A model generated the notes under the pieces. It searched no databases. It worked only from the letters and a program-made list of their open reading frames with translations, and had not been told where the DNA came from. The position numbers were made by a program, and so were the translations under genes. This document shows, piece after piece, positions 1 to 8,466 of a stretch of 64,000 nucleotides of DNA (positions are counted from its first letter, which is position 1; each line of letters begins with the position of its first letter). Source of the stretch: a virus; IMG/VR virus record IMGVR_UViG_3300032223_002784, positions 1-64,000 of that record. One strand, given 5' to 3'.

Positions 1-35
1 ACTTATGCAATTGCTTTTGCAAAGGCGGGGAAGTA

Positions 36-257
36 ATGGAATTCCTAGACACAGTAAACCAAATGTCATTAGACGCTATAGATGAAGATATCAAAGATCA
101 TTTATTGGACCAATGGATTAATACTCATGCAGATGAGGGCCCAGAATATATAGAACATCAAGTCATGATGTTTGCAGGGCCCGAACTGCAAAAGCAATAT
201 AACGAGTATTATAAATTAACTAAAGATGATGATTTCTATTTTAAGGTGGGGGAATGA
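36..257 (+). CDS. hypothetical acidic protein
   Basis: 73-aa ORF, tightly coupled (TAATG) to an upstream partial gene; phage-like acidic composition. Confidence 0.7.
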   Translation: MEFLDTVNQMSLDAIDEDIKDHLLDQWINTHADEGPEYIEHQVMMFAGPELQKQYNEYYKLTKDDDFYFKVGE

Positions 258-382
258 AGACCTATTTTGTTGAATTAGAGTTAGATGAAAAATGGTGGAA
301 TGCTGTACAAGATCTTATTAATGTAGACATATATGAAGGCGAAGTATGTCGTGTAAATAGAATAGAGGTTTTAAATGATTAA
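254..382 (+). CDS. small hypothetical protein (42 aa, MKTYFVELELDEKWW...)
   Basis: Read manually; ATGA overlap with previous gene; fills the gap to the next ORF. Confidence 0.6.
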   Translation: MKTYFVELELDEKWWNAVQDLINVDIYEGEVCRVNRIEVLND

Positions 383-683
383 TGAAGGTCTAGGTGATGA
401 ACTATATACTAAGTTAAATAGTATGCTAGATGACATTGCTACCCTCCCCGTCTCTGGCCTTGGTTGGCTCTTTGTCTGGGACACTATCCGTGACACTGTT
501 ATGGATATTGAAGCATATGGCGAATATCAGTTGACTCCAGAGATAGATCTGAAGAAAGTTTGGGATACATTATGGGAAACGCCCTGGGGCGGATTTGACA
601 TAGAGCCCTCAGATGTTGTAGACTGGCTGGTTGATAATGATTTAATTCAAGAAGTTGACTATGAAGAAGAGGAGGACCATTAA
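375..683 (+). CDS. hypothetical acidic protein
   Basis: 102-aa ORF with GAGG SD, in the + strand operon. Confidence 0.75.
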   Translation: MINEGLGDELYTKLNSMLDDIATLPVSGLGWLFVWDTIRDTVMDIEAYGEYQLTPEIDLKKVWDTLWETPWGGFDIEPSDVVDWLVDNDLIQEVDYEEEEDH

Positions 684-976
684 TGGCTAGTTTAGAAGAC
701 AAGGTTCATGATAAGTTAGCAGCAGGTCTCGCAGATAGCAGGTTCTCGCCTGCAGTCCTAGCACTACAAATGCAACGTGAGAATACATACGTGAATGAAT
801 CATTCATACAGTATTTCACAAACTATATCATCCAAATGGCAGATTCACATACTATACCAATGCACTTATCAGAAGTCAAGAAGACATGCCAAGCACTTAG
901 ATTTTCCCTGACGGAGTTGGGCCTGACGGGAGAAACGAGAATGCCAGTTAATAATACTGAGTATATCTCATCATAG
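683..976 (+). CDS. hypothetical protein
   Basis: 97-aa ORF, TAATG coupling, GGAGG SD. Confidence 0.75.
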   Translation: MASLEDKVHDKLAAGLADSRFSPAVLALQMQRENTYVNESFIQYFTNYIIQMADSHTIPMHLSEVKKTCQALRFSLTELGLTGETRMPVNNTEYISS

Positions 977-997
977 AGGCTGCTACATAAAAGCCTT

Positions 998-1037
998 GGG
1001 CCTTACAGCGAATGAGCTGTAGGGCCCTATTTGTTTT
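998..1037 (+). terminator. rho-independent terminator of the + strand operon
   Basis: GGGCCTTACAGC-GAATGA-GCTGTAGGGCCC hairpin followed by TATTTGTTTT. Confidence 0.75.
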
Positions 1038-1087
1038 ATTATACATGTGATCACCCATATTTGCCGTGTCGGTTAATTAATCTATCG

Positions 1088-1397
1088 GACATTACGAATG
1101 AATGATTATTTTGCCTGACATTACGAAGGGCGGGAATTTTCACTGGATCTTATAATACCATCTAGTACCTATATATAATACATTACGAATAGAGCTATAT
1201 TTCGCTGGACATGTGTGTATATGATCATATAAATGTATCAAAAAATAAATATATATAAAATGTGATCATTTTCACACAGAATAATGTACATTTAATCCAA
1301 TATTGTCCAATATACATCAGAAATGATCAAAAATGTGTGCAAAATCACCCTATTTTTTATGTGATATATATCATATGCACAGGATTTGACATTACGA
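1088..1397 (+). repeat. four dispersed (G)ACATTACGA direct repeats
   Basis: Copies at 1088, 1117, 1180 and 1388 in an AT-rich non-coding region. Confidence 0.8.
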
Positions 1398-1480
1398 TGG
1401 GCAATATGTTATGCTCAATAACTAGGTAACATGTATCTATATATATAAACTGAATTTATTATTCATTCTATGGAATCTAT

Positions 1481-1510
1481 TCTCCACTTTACTCCACTTT
1501 ATTCCACTTA
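1481..1510 (+). repeat. 3 x 10-bp tandem repeat (xxTCCACTTx)
   Basis: tctccacttt actccacttt attccactta. Confidence 0.75.
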
Positions 1511-1611
1511 TAACCACAATATTCACATACAATAGCAAACGCTAGGATGGTGAATTTGTGTGTACAAGTATTTTGATCTTTGGACTTTATATCTATCTCC
1601 TTTTTCATATA

Positions 1612-1872
1612 TTAGTGTATATTTGGGGCGGGATATCCAGTATGTAATCCAGCCTTGAGTTCTGTATTTATAACCTTTATCTGCTCAATCTGAGCTTTTA
1701 GGGTTTCATTATCCTTATCAAGTGAAGAGATGATATCTACACTTTTGTAATATGATGCTATATGGGTCTCTATTTGAGAGTTTAAGTCTTTGATCTTATC
1801 TTCATATCTATGTATACCGTATATAATACCTATAGTATATATAGCTAGGATTACTAGGATTAAGGGATTCAC
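1612..1872 (-). CDS. membrane-anchored coiled-coil protein
   Basis: N-terminal hydrophobic helix followed by a heptad-rich segment. Confidence 0.7.
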   Translation of the reverse strand: MNPLILVILAIYTIGIIYGIHRYEDKIKDLNSQIETHIASYYKSVDIISSLDKDNETLKAQIEQIKVINTELKAGLHTGYPAPNIH

Positions 1873-2114
1873 TCGGATTCCCCCGCCTTGATTACCACAT
1901 CTTGATTCTTGTTGAATGCTAGGCGTAATTGATAGAATGGTTTGGGTTGTGGGATTTCTGGGTGCAAAATCTCCATATCCCTGATCATGACATAAAACCC
2001 ATTTGGATATACATCATTTTCCCTCATGAGTTGATCAATAACTGCACCAAAGGTAAATTGACCACCATGTAAGGGTTCTTTTGGAACCTCTATATCTAGG
2101 TTATATCTCTCCAT
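1869..2114 (-). CDS. hypothetical protein
   Basis: 81-aa ORF, ATGA overlap with the downstream gene. Confidence 0.65.
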   Translation of the reverse strand: MERYNLDIEVPKEPLHGGQFTFGAVIDQLMRENDVYPNGFYVMIRDMEILHPEIPQPKPFYQLRLAFNKNQDVVIKAGESE

Positions 2115-2197
2115 TATTTGTCCTTATTTCTTGGATCTGTTCTAAATAGCAATATGCATAGTGCTATGACTATACTTGCGTATTGATAGTTACTCAT

Positions 2198-2629
2198 TTA
2201 TACCCCCGAACTTCCAAATCCTGTATCCCCACGCTCTGAAATATTCAGTTGATTGGTTTCAATAAATTCAGCTGATTCCACTCTATGAAATACCATTTGA
2301 GCAATTCTATCGCCTTTGGTTATTTGAAACTTATTCCACTTATCATGGTTGAATAGGATAACCTTAATTTCGCCTCTATATCCAGAATCAATAGTTCCTG
2401 GAGCATTAAGTACAGTTACATTATGATTTGCAGCAACACCAGATCTAGGATTGATATAGCCTACATATCCCTCTGGAATTTCCATTGATATACCTGTAGA
2501 TATGATTTCTTTATCATTACACCATACTACTGTAGTTTCATTAGCATATAGGTCTGCTCCTGCATCCCCCGCCTTTGCATAGGTCGGAAGGATTGCAGAC
2601 GGATCAAGTTTAACTACTTTGACTTGCAT
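2198..2629 (-). CDS. dut: dUTP diphosphatase (trimeric dUTPase)
   Basis: Motifs AGADL, PRSG, GTIDSGYRGEI, GDRIAQ, RGDTGFGSSG. Confidence 0.97.
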   Translation of the reverse strand: MQVKVVKLDPSAILPTYAKAGDAGADLYANETTVVWCNDKEIISTGISMEIPEGYVGYINPRSGVAANHNVTVLNAPGTIDSGYRGEIKVILFNHDKWNKFQITKGDRIAQMVFHRVESAEFIETNQLNISERGDTGFGSSGV

Positions 2630-2789
2630 CTGCTTCTTCCTTTTGCTTGTTTACATAGTCCTGCATAAACTTAACTTGGGCAGCCATATGATTAAACTCC
2701 CGCAAAGCTTTTGCTCTCTTAAGTCTTGCCTTATTTTTTGAGTCCCTTTTAAGGCCTCTCTGCGAGACTGCTACATTGTTCTTCTTCAT
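2610..2789 (-). CDS. small basic hypothetical protein (59 aa)
   Basis: Read manually (MKKNNVAVSQRGLKR...); ATGA-coupled to the upstream gene. Confidence 0.6.
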   Translation of the reverse strand: MKKNNVAVSQRGLKRDSKNKARLKRAKALREFNHMAAQVKFMQDYVNKQKEEADASQSS

Positions 2790-2968
2790 GATTTTGGCGT
2801 TAGTCCTAACTTGTCCATGTACTCTTGCATCTTAGCAAAAACAGCGGAACGCTGTTCTTCTGTTCTGGCTGCCTCCATTTGGCGGTTGAGTTCCGCCATA
2901 TACGGAGTGCTTGGCATTTTTACCATCTTGATATCTTTTGGATCAAAATCTTTAATTTTCTTTTTCAT
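2786..2968 (-). CDS. hypothetical protein
   Basis: 60-aa ORF with GGAGG SD and ATGA overlaps. Confidence 0.65.
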   Translation of the reverse strand: MKKKIKDFDPKDIKMVKMPSTPYMAELNRQMEAARTEEQRSAVFAKMQEYMDKLGLTPKS

Positions 2969-3141
2969 TCTGGGTTATATCCTCCACCCTTATATGGTCC
3001 TAAAAAGGCTTCCATGAAGACTGCAAAGTCTTCATCAGATACTTCTGCTTTATCCATATCTTCGCCCAATTCTTTTACAATTCGTCGCTTTTGCGACTTA
3101 CTTTTAAATTCAATGATATTTTCATTTTCTTTATTTGTCAT
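2965..3141 (-). CDS. hypothetical protein
   Basis: ORF track entry; start moved to MTNKEN, which follows an AAGGAG SD. Confidence 0.6.
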   Translation of the reverse strand: MTNKENENIIEFKSKSQKRRIVKELGEDMDKAEVSDEDFAVFMEAFLGPYKGGGYNPE

Positions 3142-3286
3142 TTCTCTTTCTCCTTTTTCGCTCAATCATGCCGTCTACTTTATCAACATTTAAGCCTAAT
3201 ATTAAAGCAATGATAGGCATTACAAATACCATAAAAGCTAGCCACATTGCTACAAAAATGATTGCATAAACTATTACAGATGTCAT
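3131..3286 (-). CDS. small membrane protein (51 aa)
   Basis: Read manually: MTSVIVYAIIFVAMWLAFMVFVMPIIALILG, then a basic tail. Confidence 0.6.
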   Translation of the reverse strand: MTSVIVYAIIFVAMWLAFMVFVMPIIALILGLNVDKVDGMIERKRRKRNDK

Positions 3287-3498
3287 TCTTCTATCGCCTC
3301 TTGTTCAGGTTCTTTTGTATTTAGATTCTCCCCGTCAGGAGCAGTAACCGCACTGATTGCATAGTATGGGTCTAATTCATTAAAATCCAATAGCTCTAGC
3401 CCCATGCTTTCAGCAAGTTCATATGCTTTTTCATGGTCTTCTGCTTCTACCTCTATATTAGTATAAAGGGTCTTTGTTACTTCAATTAAAAATTTCAT
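3283..3498 (-). CDS. hypothetical protein, DpnD/PcfM-like
   Basis: Pattern F-x-I-E-V...IEVEAED-x-E-x-A-x-E-x-A typical of this small phage family. Confidence 0.55.
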   Translation of the reverse strand: MKFLIEVTKTLYTNIEVEAEDHEKAYELAESMGLELLDFNELDPYYAISAVTAPDGENLNTKEPEQEAIEE

Positions 3499-3689
3499 TG
3501 TTCTGGTTCCGCCCTAGTGTCTGGTGATCTTAGGTAAAATGACATTACCATTAGTTCCCCGCAAAAATGACAGGTAGGAGTTTCATCTATCTGTTTACTC
3601 AAATTAGAATTCATCTCGCCACCGCACTTACAAGTAAACTCATATGTGTGCAAATAGCTTTCCTGTTTTTCGCTCATTTTTCGCTCCAA
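3495..3689 (-). CDS. zinc-ribbon protein
   Basis: YEFTCKCG...PTCHFCG; start probably at the internal MSEK. Confidence 0.6.
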   Translation of the reverse strand: MERKMSEKQESYLHTYEFTCKCGGEMNSNLSKQIDETPTCHFCGELMVMSFYLRSPDTRAEPEQ

Positions 3690-3778
3690 TTTTATAGTTG
3701 GTAATATGAGGGGCAGAGAAGACAGTGCTTTGGACGAGCACTCCCCTCATATCTTTACCTGTCCATGACCAATGTTAT

Positions 3779-4177
3779 TTAGAAGGGTGTGTTACCCGAA
3801 GTATCCCAGACATCATCTGAGCTATTGATTACTCGTGCAGGACTGGAGCTTTTAACATCTGTAAGGCCTACTGAGGTAGCCTTAATTTCAACTACAGAAC
3901 GTTTTGAGCCAGTCTTATCTTCAAACTGACGCTCTCGTGCCTTGCCTAGGATTTGAACGCCAGAGCCCTTTTGGAGCGTGTTGTGCCACTTATCAGCAAG
4001 GTTTCCCCATACTTCAATGTTCCAACCTGACGTATCCTTGTTTACCCAATTGCCCGAAGCATCTTGAGTCCGTTCGTTTGTAACAACCCGAAACTTCAAC
4101 AGATTTCCTGTTGAAAAAGTTTTAAATTCGGGATCTGATGCGAGATTTCCTCGCAGTACCATTTCTGGATTTGGCAT
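3779..4177 (-). CDS. ssb: single-stranded DNA-binding protein (bacterial OB-fold type)
   Basis: LRGNLASDPE, WGNLA, LQKG...G, acidic tail ending in PF. Confidence 0.92.
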   Translation of the reverse strand: MPNPEMVLRGNLASDPEFKTFSTGNLLKFRVVTNERTQDASGNWVNKDTSGWNIEVWGNLADKWHNTLQKGSGVQILGKARERQFEDKTGSKRSVVEIKATSVGLTDVKSSSPARVINSSDDVWDTSGNTPF

Positions 4178-4250
4178 ATCTTTTTCCTTTTCTAGTCGTA
4201 GTAGGACTTTTTAGTCCCGCATTTCAAAGGCTTTCTGCCCTTGAATTCTT

Positions 4251-4280
4251 ATTGTATCACTCTTGTTCTTCATCTGTCAA
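4251..4280 (-). promoter_or_regulatory. SigA-type promoter for ssb
   Basis: TTGACA-N18-TACAAT. Confidence 0.75.
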
Positions 4281-4607
4281 GGGGACAGGCCATTTTTCCC
4301 AATATGGAATACCTTGATCATCATAATCAGAGCCAAGTTTATCTAAGATTTCTTCATTATCTTGCATCACTTCTTTTATAAATGAATCAGATATATTTCC
4401 TTTTGCAGGTACAACAGATCTCCCTGGTGTATATTTTACATGCACTATGTCATGCTTTGGAAGTCCTGTTAAGGCAAAATTAGCTTTATCTTCTACTTCT
4501 GTTAGGCTGTTGCCCATCCCGCCCAACTTATATTTTCCAAAAACTAAATCAAATCTCCATTTTTCCGCATGCATATAATATGTTATTATTACTTCTTTTT
4601 CGCTCAT
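4257..4607 (-). CDS. hypothetical protein
   Basis: ORF track entry; start at MSEKEV gives ATGA coupling to an upstream 24-aa ORF. Confidence 0.6.
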   Translation of the reverse strand: MSEKEVIITYYMHAEKWRFDLVFGKYKLGGMGNSLTEVEDKANFALTGLPKHDIVHVKYTPGRSVVPAKGNISDSFIKEVMQDNEEILDKLGSDYDDQGIPYWEKWPVPLTDEEQE

Positions 4608-5109
4608 TTTCCGTCCCAAAACCAAGCAATGATTCCAATCAAAATTGAAATAATAAGTAAGTTTAATCCTATGCTCATTTGTTTGCCTCCGAATTCTTTA
4701 ACCATTCTACTAATTCTTCACAGTCACATCTTTCTAGACCGTGATGATTTGTCCATTGAACTTTAAAATCACTACCATCTAAATGACGCTGCCAAATTTC
4801 ATTAGCTAATTCTTCACGACATTCTTTATGCATCTTTTTCTTTCTGTTCTTTTACCCAAGCGGATCCAGCGTACTCTTCATAACAATCAATACATAGCTT
4901 TTTATCACCTAGAGGCATATGCCTTTTTCTCACATTCCCGCAATCTGGGCAAGTATTATATATATTGCTCATTTGTAAAATTCAACTCCAACATACCACT
5001 TTAATAAATATAGCCCTATTTCCCATTCATGTTTTACTGGATATCCCCAGTTATGGACATATATTCCTAATGAAAAAGAAGATGTTTGCTTACCATAATT
5101 AATTTTCAT
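4604..5109 (-). other. run of four overlapping micro-ORFs (4604-4678, 4675-4833, 4826-4972, 4969-5109)
   Basis: Read manually: a 24-aa TM peptide, a 52-aa protein, a 48-aa CxxC...CxxC protein and a 46-aa aromatic protein; each overlaps the next by 4-8 nt. Confidence 0.6.
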
Positions 5110-5284
5110 TTTTTGATTTTTCATTTTTTGAAATTAAAATATTAGGAGGAATACTCAAAAATCCGCAGTTCGCAAATCCATCTCCAACATCTATAAATGT
5201 TTCTCCACAACCACAATATCTTAATTCATGAATATCTGTAGGAATAAGAATTTCACTACATTTTCCACATTGCACTTTATTCAT
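5099..5284 (-). CDS. small Cys-rich zinc-binding protein
   Basis: CGKC...CGCG...IDVG. Confidence 0.65.
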   Translation of the reverse strand: MNKVQCGKCSEILIPTDIHELRYCGCGETFIDVGDGFANCGFLSIPPNILISKNEKSKNEN

Positions 5285-5388
5285 TTATGTTCCTTTGATG
5301 TATGTCTGCTTAATGTTTCATTTGCCATGATTCCCGTGCGAACTTCAATTTCCCTCTTGCATATAGTGCATATTACAACCCTGGACAT
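5281..5388 (-). CDS. 35-aa C2H2-like zinc-finger peptide
   Basis: Read manually: MSRVVICTICKREIEVRTGIMANETLSRHTSKEHK, with an AAGGAG SD. Confidence 0.55.
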   Translation of the reverse strand: MSRVVICTICKREIEVRTGIMANETLSRHTSKEHK

Positions 5389-5392
5389 TAAA

Positions 5393-5872
5393 TTAACTCC
5401 TTTTTAATGGGTGTGTAGGCCAAAAATATTGGCACTTTGGGCAACATGGCTTATTGTATTCATTATCAACTGCATAGGAATACTCAGCATAATAAATTGG
5501 ATCTTTGCGATATAAATTTGCTCTATGAGTTGCCACAACCCTAGATAATTTTACTTTGTCTAGCATCCAGTCTGGCTTTGAATTATCCCATTGAGTATTA
5601 TATTGTGCAGCTAAAGCATTAATGTTGGCTTCGTTATTTACTGTTTTAATCCCACGATGTTTAGCTTCTGTAATCATGTTATGAACATAATTTAACAAGG
5701 CACCTTCATGGCCTTCCCACATTAGTACTGCTGGGTGATTACGCCAAGCTTTGCCATTGGTGGCTAGAACTTTAAGGATTTGATACCCCTCAAGTATTTG
5801 TTTATTTAATCTTTTATTGTCTAGTATCTGTGCAGAAAATAATGAACTGCCTGATGGAAGGAATGTTTGCAT
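5393..5872 (-). CDS. pyrimidine-dimer DNA glycosylase / endonuclease V-like (MSMEG_6728-type)
   Basis: MQTFLP...LDNKRLNKQILEGYQIL...WRNHPAVLMW...HRANLYRKDP. Confidence 0.85.
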   Translation of the reverse strand: MQTFLPSGSSLFSAQILDNKRLNKQILEGYQILKVLATNGKAWRNHPAVLMWEGHEGALLNYVHNMITEAKHRGIKTVNNEANINALAAQYNTQWDNSKPDWMLDKVKLSRVVATHRANLYRKDPIYYAEYSYAVDNEYNKPCCPKCQYFWPTHPLKRS

Positions 5873-5878
5873 GACCTT

Positions 5879-5908
5879 AGTCTATCAAATAGTGTTGTGT
5901 TTTGTCAA
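5879..5908 (-). promoter_or_regulatory. SigA-type promoter, leaderless mRNA
   Basis: TTGACA-N18-TAGACT with the ATG 6 nt downstream. Confidence 0.75.
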
Positions 5909-5934
5909 TAGGAAATTCTTTATCAAACTCAGAC

Positions 5935-6186
5935 TCAGAATTCATCTTTATCAATATCTTCTGTCATGTCCCAGCTGATTATTGTATGCATTGTTCCCCA
6001 TTTGCTATAAATAGCCCATGTCCATTTCCACATAAAATGATGGTATCTCCATTTAATCCCGCTTGTTATACCTTCATCTTGAAAGTCAAATAAATATAAT
6101 ATACTAGGGGATCCAATATGGTTACAAAAATTAGCAAACCATCTCAATGGAAGGATGTTAGTTCTATGTTCTGCTTTTGTTATCAT
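5935..6186 (-). CDS. hypothetical Trp-rich protein
   Basis: 83-aa ORF directly after its own promoter. Confidence 0.65.
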   Translation of the reverse strand: MITKAEHRTNILPLRWFANFCNHIGSPSILYLFDFQDEGITSGIKWRYHHFMWKWTWAIYSKWGTMHTIISWDMTEDIDKDEF

Positions 6187-6192
6187 GTCTTT

Positions 6193-6222
6193 AGTCTATC
6201 AGATAGCAAAAGCTTTTGTCAA
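6193..6222 (-). promoter_or_regulatory. SigA-type promoter, leaderless mRNA
   Basis: TTGACA-N18-TAGACT with the ATG 6 nt downstream. Confidence 0.75.
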
Positions 6223-6308
6223 TTAATTCTTATGCCAACGCTTTAAATGGCATTTGAAGGATAGTCCAACAATAATGCCCATGCTAGCCCAAAGTAACAA
6301 ACAGTCCA

Positions 6309-6623
6309 TTATTCCTCCTCATCCTTGAGGTTTCTAATGTCTTCCTGCATATCTCTAATGGCCTCATGAATATCTTCAACCATCCATTTAGTTTCTTTAG
6401 ATATAGATAGATCTTTACGTGCAATTTTCTTTTCTTGCTCCCCTTCACGATTACCTGAAGAAAGTAATAGGGAAGACAATATAATGGCCTCTAAGGACAC
6501 TATAAGGGTCAATAAACCATATGGGAAGGCTTCTACGCCACATCCAATCCATACTCCCCACCAAATAGCATGGAAAATAACAAAAAGTGGGTGTGCAGAA
6601 ATTTGAGCTGTCCAATCGGACAA
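6309..6623 (-). CDS. DUF1003-like membrane protein
   Basis: FVIFHAIWW...EAFPYGLLTLIVSLEAIILS, then a coiled-coil tail; start may lie upstream (6665). Confidence 0.75.
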   Translation of the reverse strand: MSDWTAQISAHPLFVIFHAIWWGVWIGCGVEAFPYGLLTLIVSLEAIILSSLLLSSGNREGEQEKKIARKDLSISKETKWMVEDIHEAIRDMQEDIRNLKDEEE

Positions 6624-6717
6624 TTCCTCAACTTTTACATTAAAACTTTTGAATAAATGCTTAATGATACACCTCTAATAAAAAGATTTTTATTACAAGG
6701 TAATTATACCATTATAT

Positions 6718-6945
6718 TTATTTAATTACGGATTTTGTCTCTTGTGACGCTTGCATCATCAAGTTATTAAAATGCTCCATAAAATTATTAATAACAAAAA
6801 TGGTGTCTTCTACTACATTCTTTTTTGCTTCTTCAAGCTCTTCTAAGGTAAAACGATCATTGATTGCCCACTGCTCTAGCAAATCTCTTGCTACTGCTGT
6901 TGTAATATCCTCAAGTTGATTCATTGGAATTGGTACGCTAGACAT
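6718..6945 (-). CDS. hypothetical protein
   Basis: 75-aa ORF coupled to the upstream gene. Confidence 0.7.
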   Translation of the reverse strand: MSSVPIPMNQLEDITTAVARDLLEQWAINDRFTLEELEEAKKNVVEDTIFVINNFMEHFNNLMMQASQETKSVIK

Positions 6946-7226
6946 TATTTACTCCCTTTATTATAGTTCATAGGGTTAATATGAAACATGTTTCTAATTC
7001 TATTTTTTCTTGCTTCTTCAAGCCACTTATTAATGTTGAAAAAATACACTGAAATATAAATTGTTGATCCAAATATGAATCCCCATTGCTTTGTTGTAAT
7101 GGCATACCATACCCAAGCACATTCAGTTACTATTCCTACTGCATATCCCCGCCAGTTTTTACGACCAGTCAGGTAAATTCCTATAACACCAACACAAGAA
7201 AGTGCCCATGATTGCCATTGTTGCAT
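6945..7226 (-). CDS. PnuC-like small membrane protein (nicotinamide riboside transporter-like half)
   Basis: W-x-LS-x-GV-x-G...GRKNWRGY...W-x-WYAI...QWG; three TM helices. Confidence 0.65.
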   Translation of the reverse strand: MQQWQSWALSCVGVIGIYLTGRKNWRGYAVGIVTECAWVWYAITTKQWGFIFGSTIYISVYFFNINKWLEEARKNRIRNMFHINPMNYNKGSK

Positions 7227-7250
7227 TTATTTCTCCAATTTTTTTATACC

Positions 7251-7277
7251 AAAAGGGGCAGGATTTCTCCTGCCCCC
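7251..7277 (-). terminator. rho-independent terminator
   Basis: GGGGCAGGA-GAAA-TCCTGCCCC followed by TTTT on the minus strand. Confidence 0.85.
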
Positions 7278-7290
7278 AAGGTTATACTAA

Positions 7291-8370
7291 TTACTTAGTT
7301 GTTGCAAAGCCATAACGCTTTGCCTTTGCATTGTACTTAGCAAGAAGTGCCTTGTACTTTGCGGTTGCTGTTGCGGAATCAGCAACATGTGTTGCCTTTT
7401 CTGTTGCAAGGGCAACATCTGCTAGAACCTTTGCATCTGCAGCGGATTTTACATCAGCAGCGTGTGCATCTGCAGCGGATTTTACATCAGCAGCGTGGGC
7501 TGCTTTTTCTGCTGCAAGCGCAGCGTTAGCATTAGCAAGTTGTGCAGACAATGATGAAATTGTTGCATTAAGGTCTGAAATAGACACTGAAATTGCTCCA
7601 GTTGTAATTGGAGTAGCAAGTCCTAGTACTGGTGTAATTGAAGCAGAAGTTGAAACTACTGCTGTAATTGAAGAACCAGTTGCTGGTGCAAGCTTATATG
7701 AAGCAGAGCCCCACACTGTAGCACCAGTTAGGTCTGCATCTGCTGCAGCCTTAGTTGATGTTACCAATGTCTTTGTTGTAGAAAGATCTGAGAATGTACC
7801 ATTAACTAATGTTACAGCCAAAGATGCTGACTCAACTGGGTTGCCAAATACGTCTGTTGCTGTTGCTGCTACAGTACCAATTGTACCTGTTGCAATTGCA
7901 CCTGGAAGTGATACAGAAACATTATAAATTGTTCCTGATGTTCCGTGAATATAAACTACTGTTGAATATGCACCATTTGTAATGGTTACAGAACCAACTG
8001 ATGTGCTAGTTGTGTAAGCATAGACAGTTACTGCTGAACCTTGTGAAGTTGCTGAATATGATGATATTCCTGATGCAACCGTCTTAGGTGCTGCTACTGA
8101 ATCAAGTGCAACAACAAGCTTAACGCCTGATGCTACGAATGATACTACAGTACCTGTATCTGCTGTTGCAGAAAGGGCTACTGAGTGACCCGCATCAATT
8201 ACATTTGATGATGGGACTGCTACTGCTTGTGAGCCAGCATATGTGTTTACAGTTGTGTTTGCACTGCCTGCTACTGTTACTGCCAGCGGGGCAGCGTGAG
8301 CAGAAGTAGAGAGTCCTACGATTGCTAGAGCTGCAGCAGAAGCAAGTGCGATCTTCTTTGTTACCTTCAT
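7291..8370 (-). CDS. secreted Ala/Thr/Ser-rich surface protein with Ig-like repeats and a C-terminal coiled coil
   Basis: Sec signal peptide (MKVTKKIALASAAALAIVGLSTSAHA|A); Big/Ig-like TATDVFGNPV; Ala-rich coil. Confidence 0.75.
   Translation of the reverse strand: MKVTKKIALASAAALAIVGLSTSAHAAPLAVTVAGSANTTVNTYAGSQAVAVPSSNVIDAGHSVALSATADTGTVVSFVASGVKLVVALDSVAAPKTVASGISSYSATSQGSAVTVYAYTTSTSVGSVTITNGAYSTVVYIHGTSGTIYNVSVSLPGAIATGTIGTVAATATDVFGNPVESASLAVTLVNGTFSDLSTTKTLVTSTKAAADADLTGATVWGSASYKLAPATGSSITAVVSTSASITPVLGLATPITTGAISVSISDLNATISSLSAQLANANAALAAEKAAHAADVKSAADAHAADVKSAADAKVLADVALATEKATHVADSATATAKYKALLAKYNAKAKRYGFATTK
7432..7497. repeat. exact 33-bp tandem duplication (HAADVKSAADA x2)
   Basis: tgcatctgcagcggattttacatcagcagcgtg occurs twice in tandem. 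Confidence 0.9.
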
Positions 8371-8433
8371 GTTTTTCCTATCTAGTTAGTATCCCTGTAC
8401 AGGATAATGACTGCCAATCGCAGCCAATAATTG

Positions 8434-8463
8434 ATTATAGCGTATTAGTTATATTTTTGTCAA
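8434..8463 (-). promoter_or_regulatory. consensus SigA-type promoter
   Basis: TTGACA-N18-TATAAT. Confidence 0.85.
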
Positions 8464-8466
8464 GTC

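Noticed and set aside
1088-1397. ACATTACGA repeats as a mini-CRISPR array
   Set aside because: Repeats are only about 10 bp and irregularly spaced (29, 63, 208 bp).
7331-7927. Long + strand ORFs antisense to Ala/Thr-rich genes (also many within 38-63 kb)
   Set aside because: Shadow ORFs produced by biased codon usage on the coding strand; no SD, promoter or recognisable motifs.
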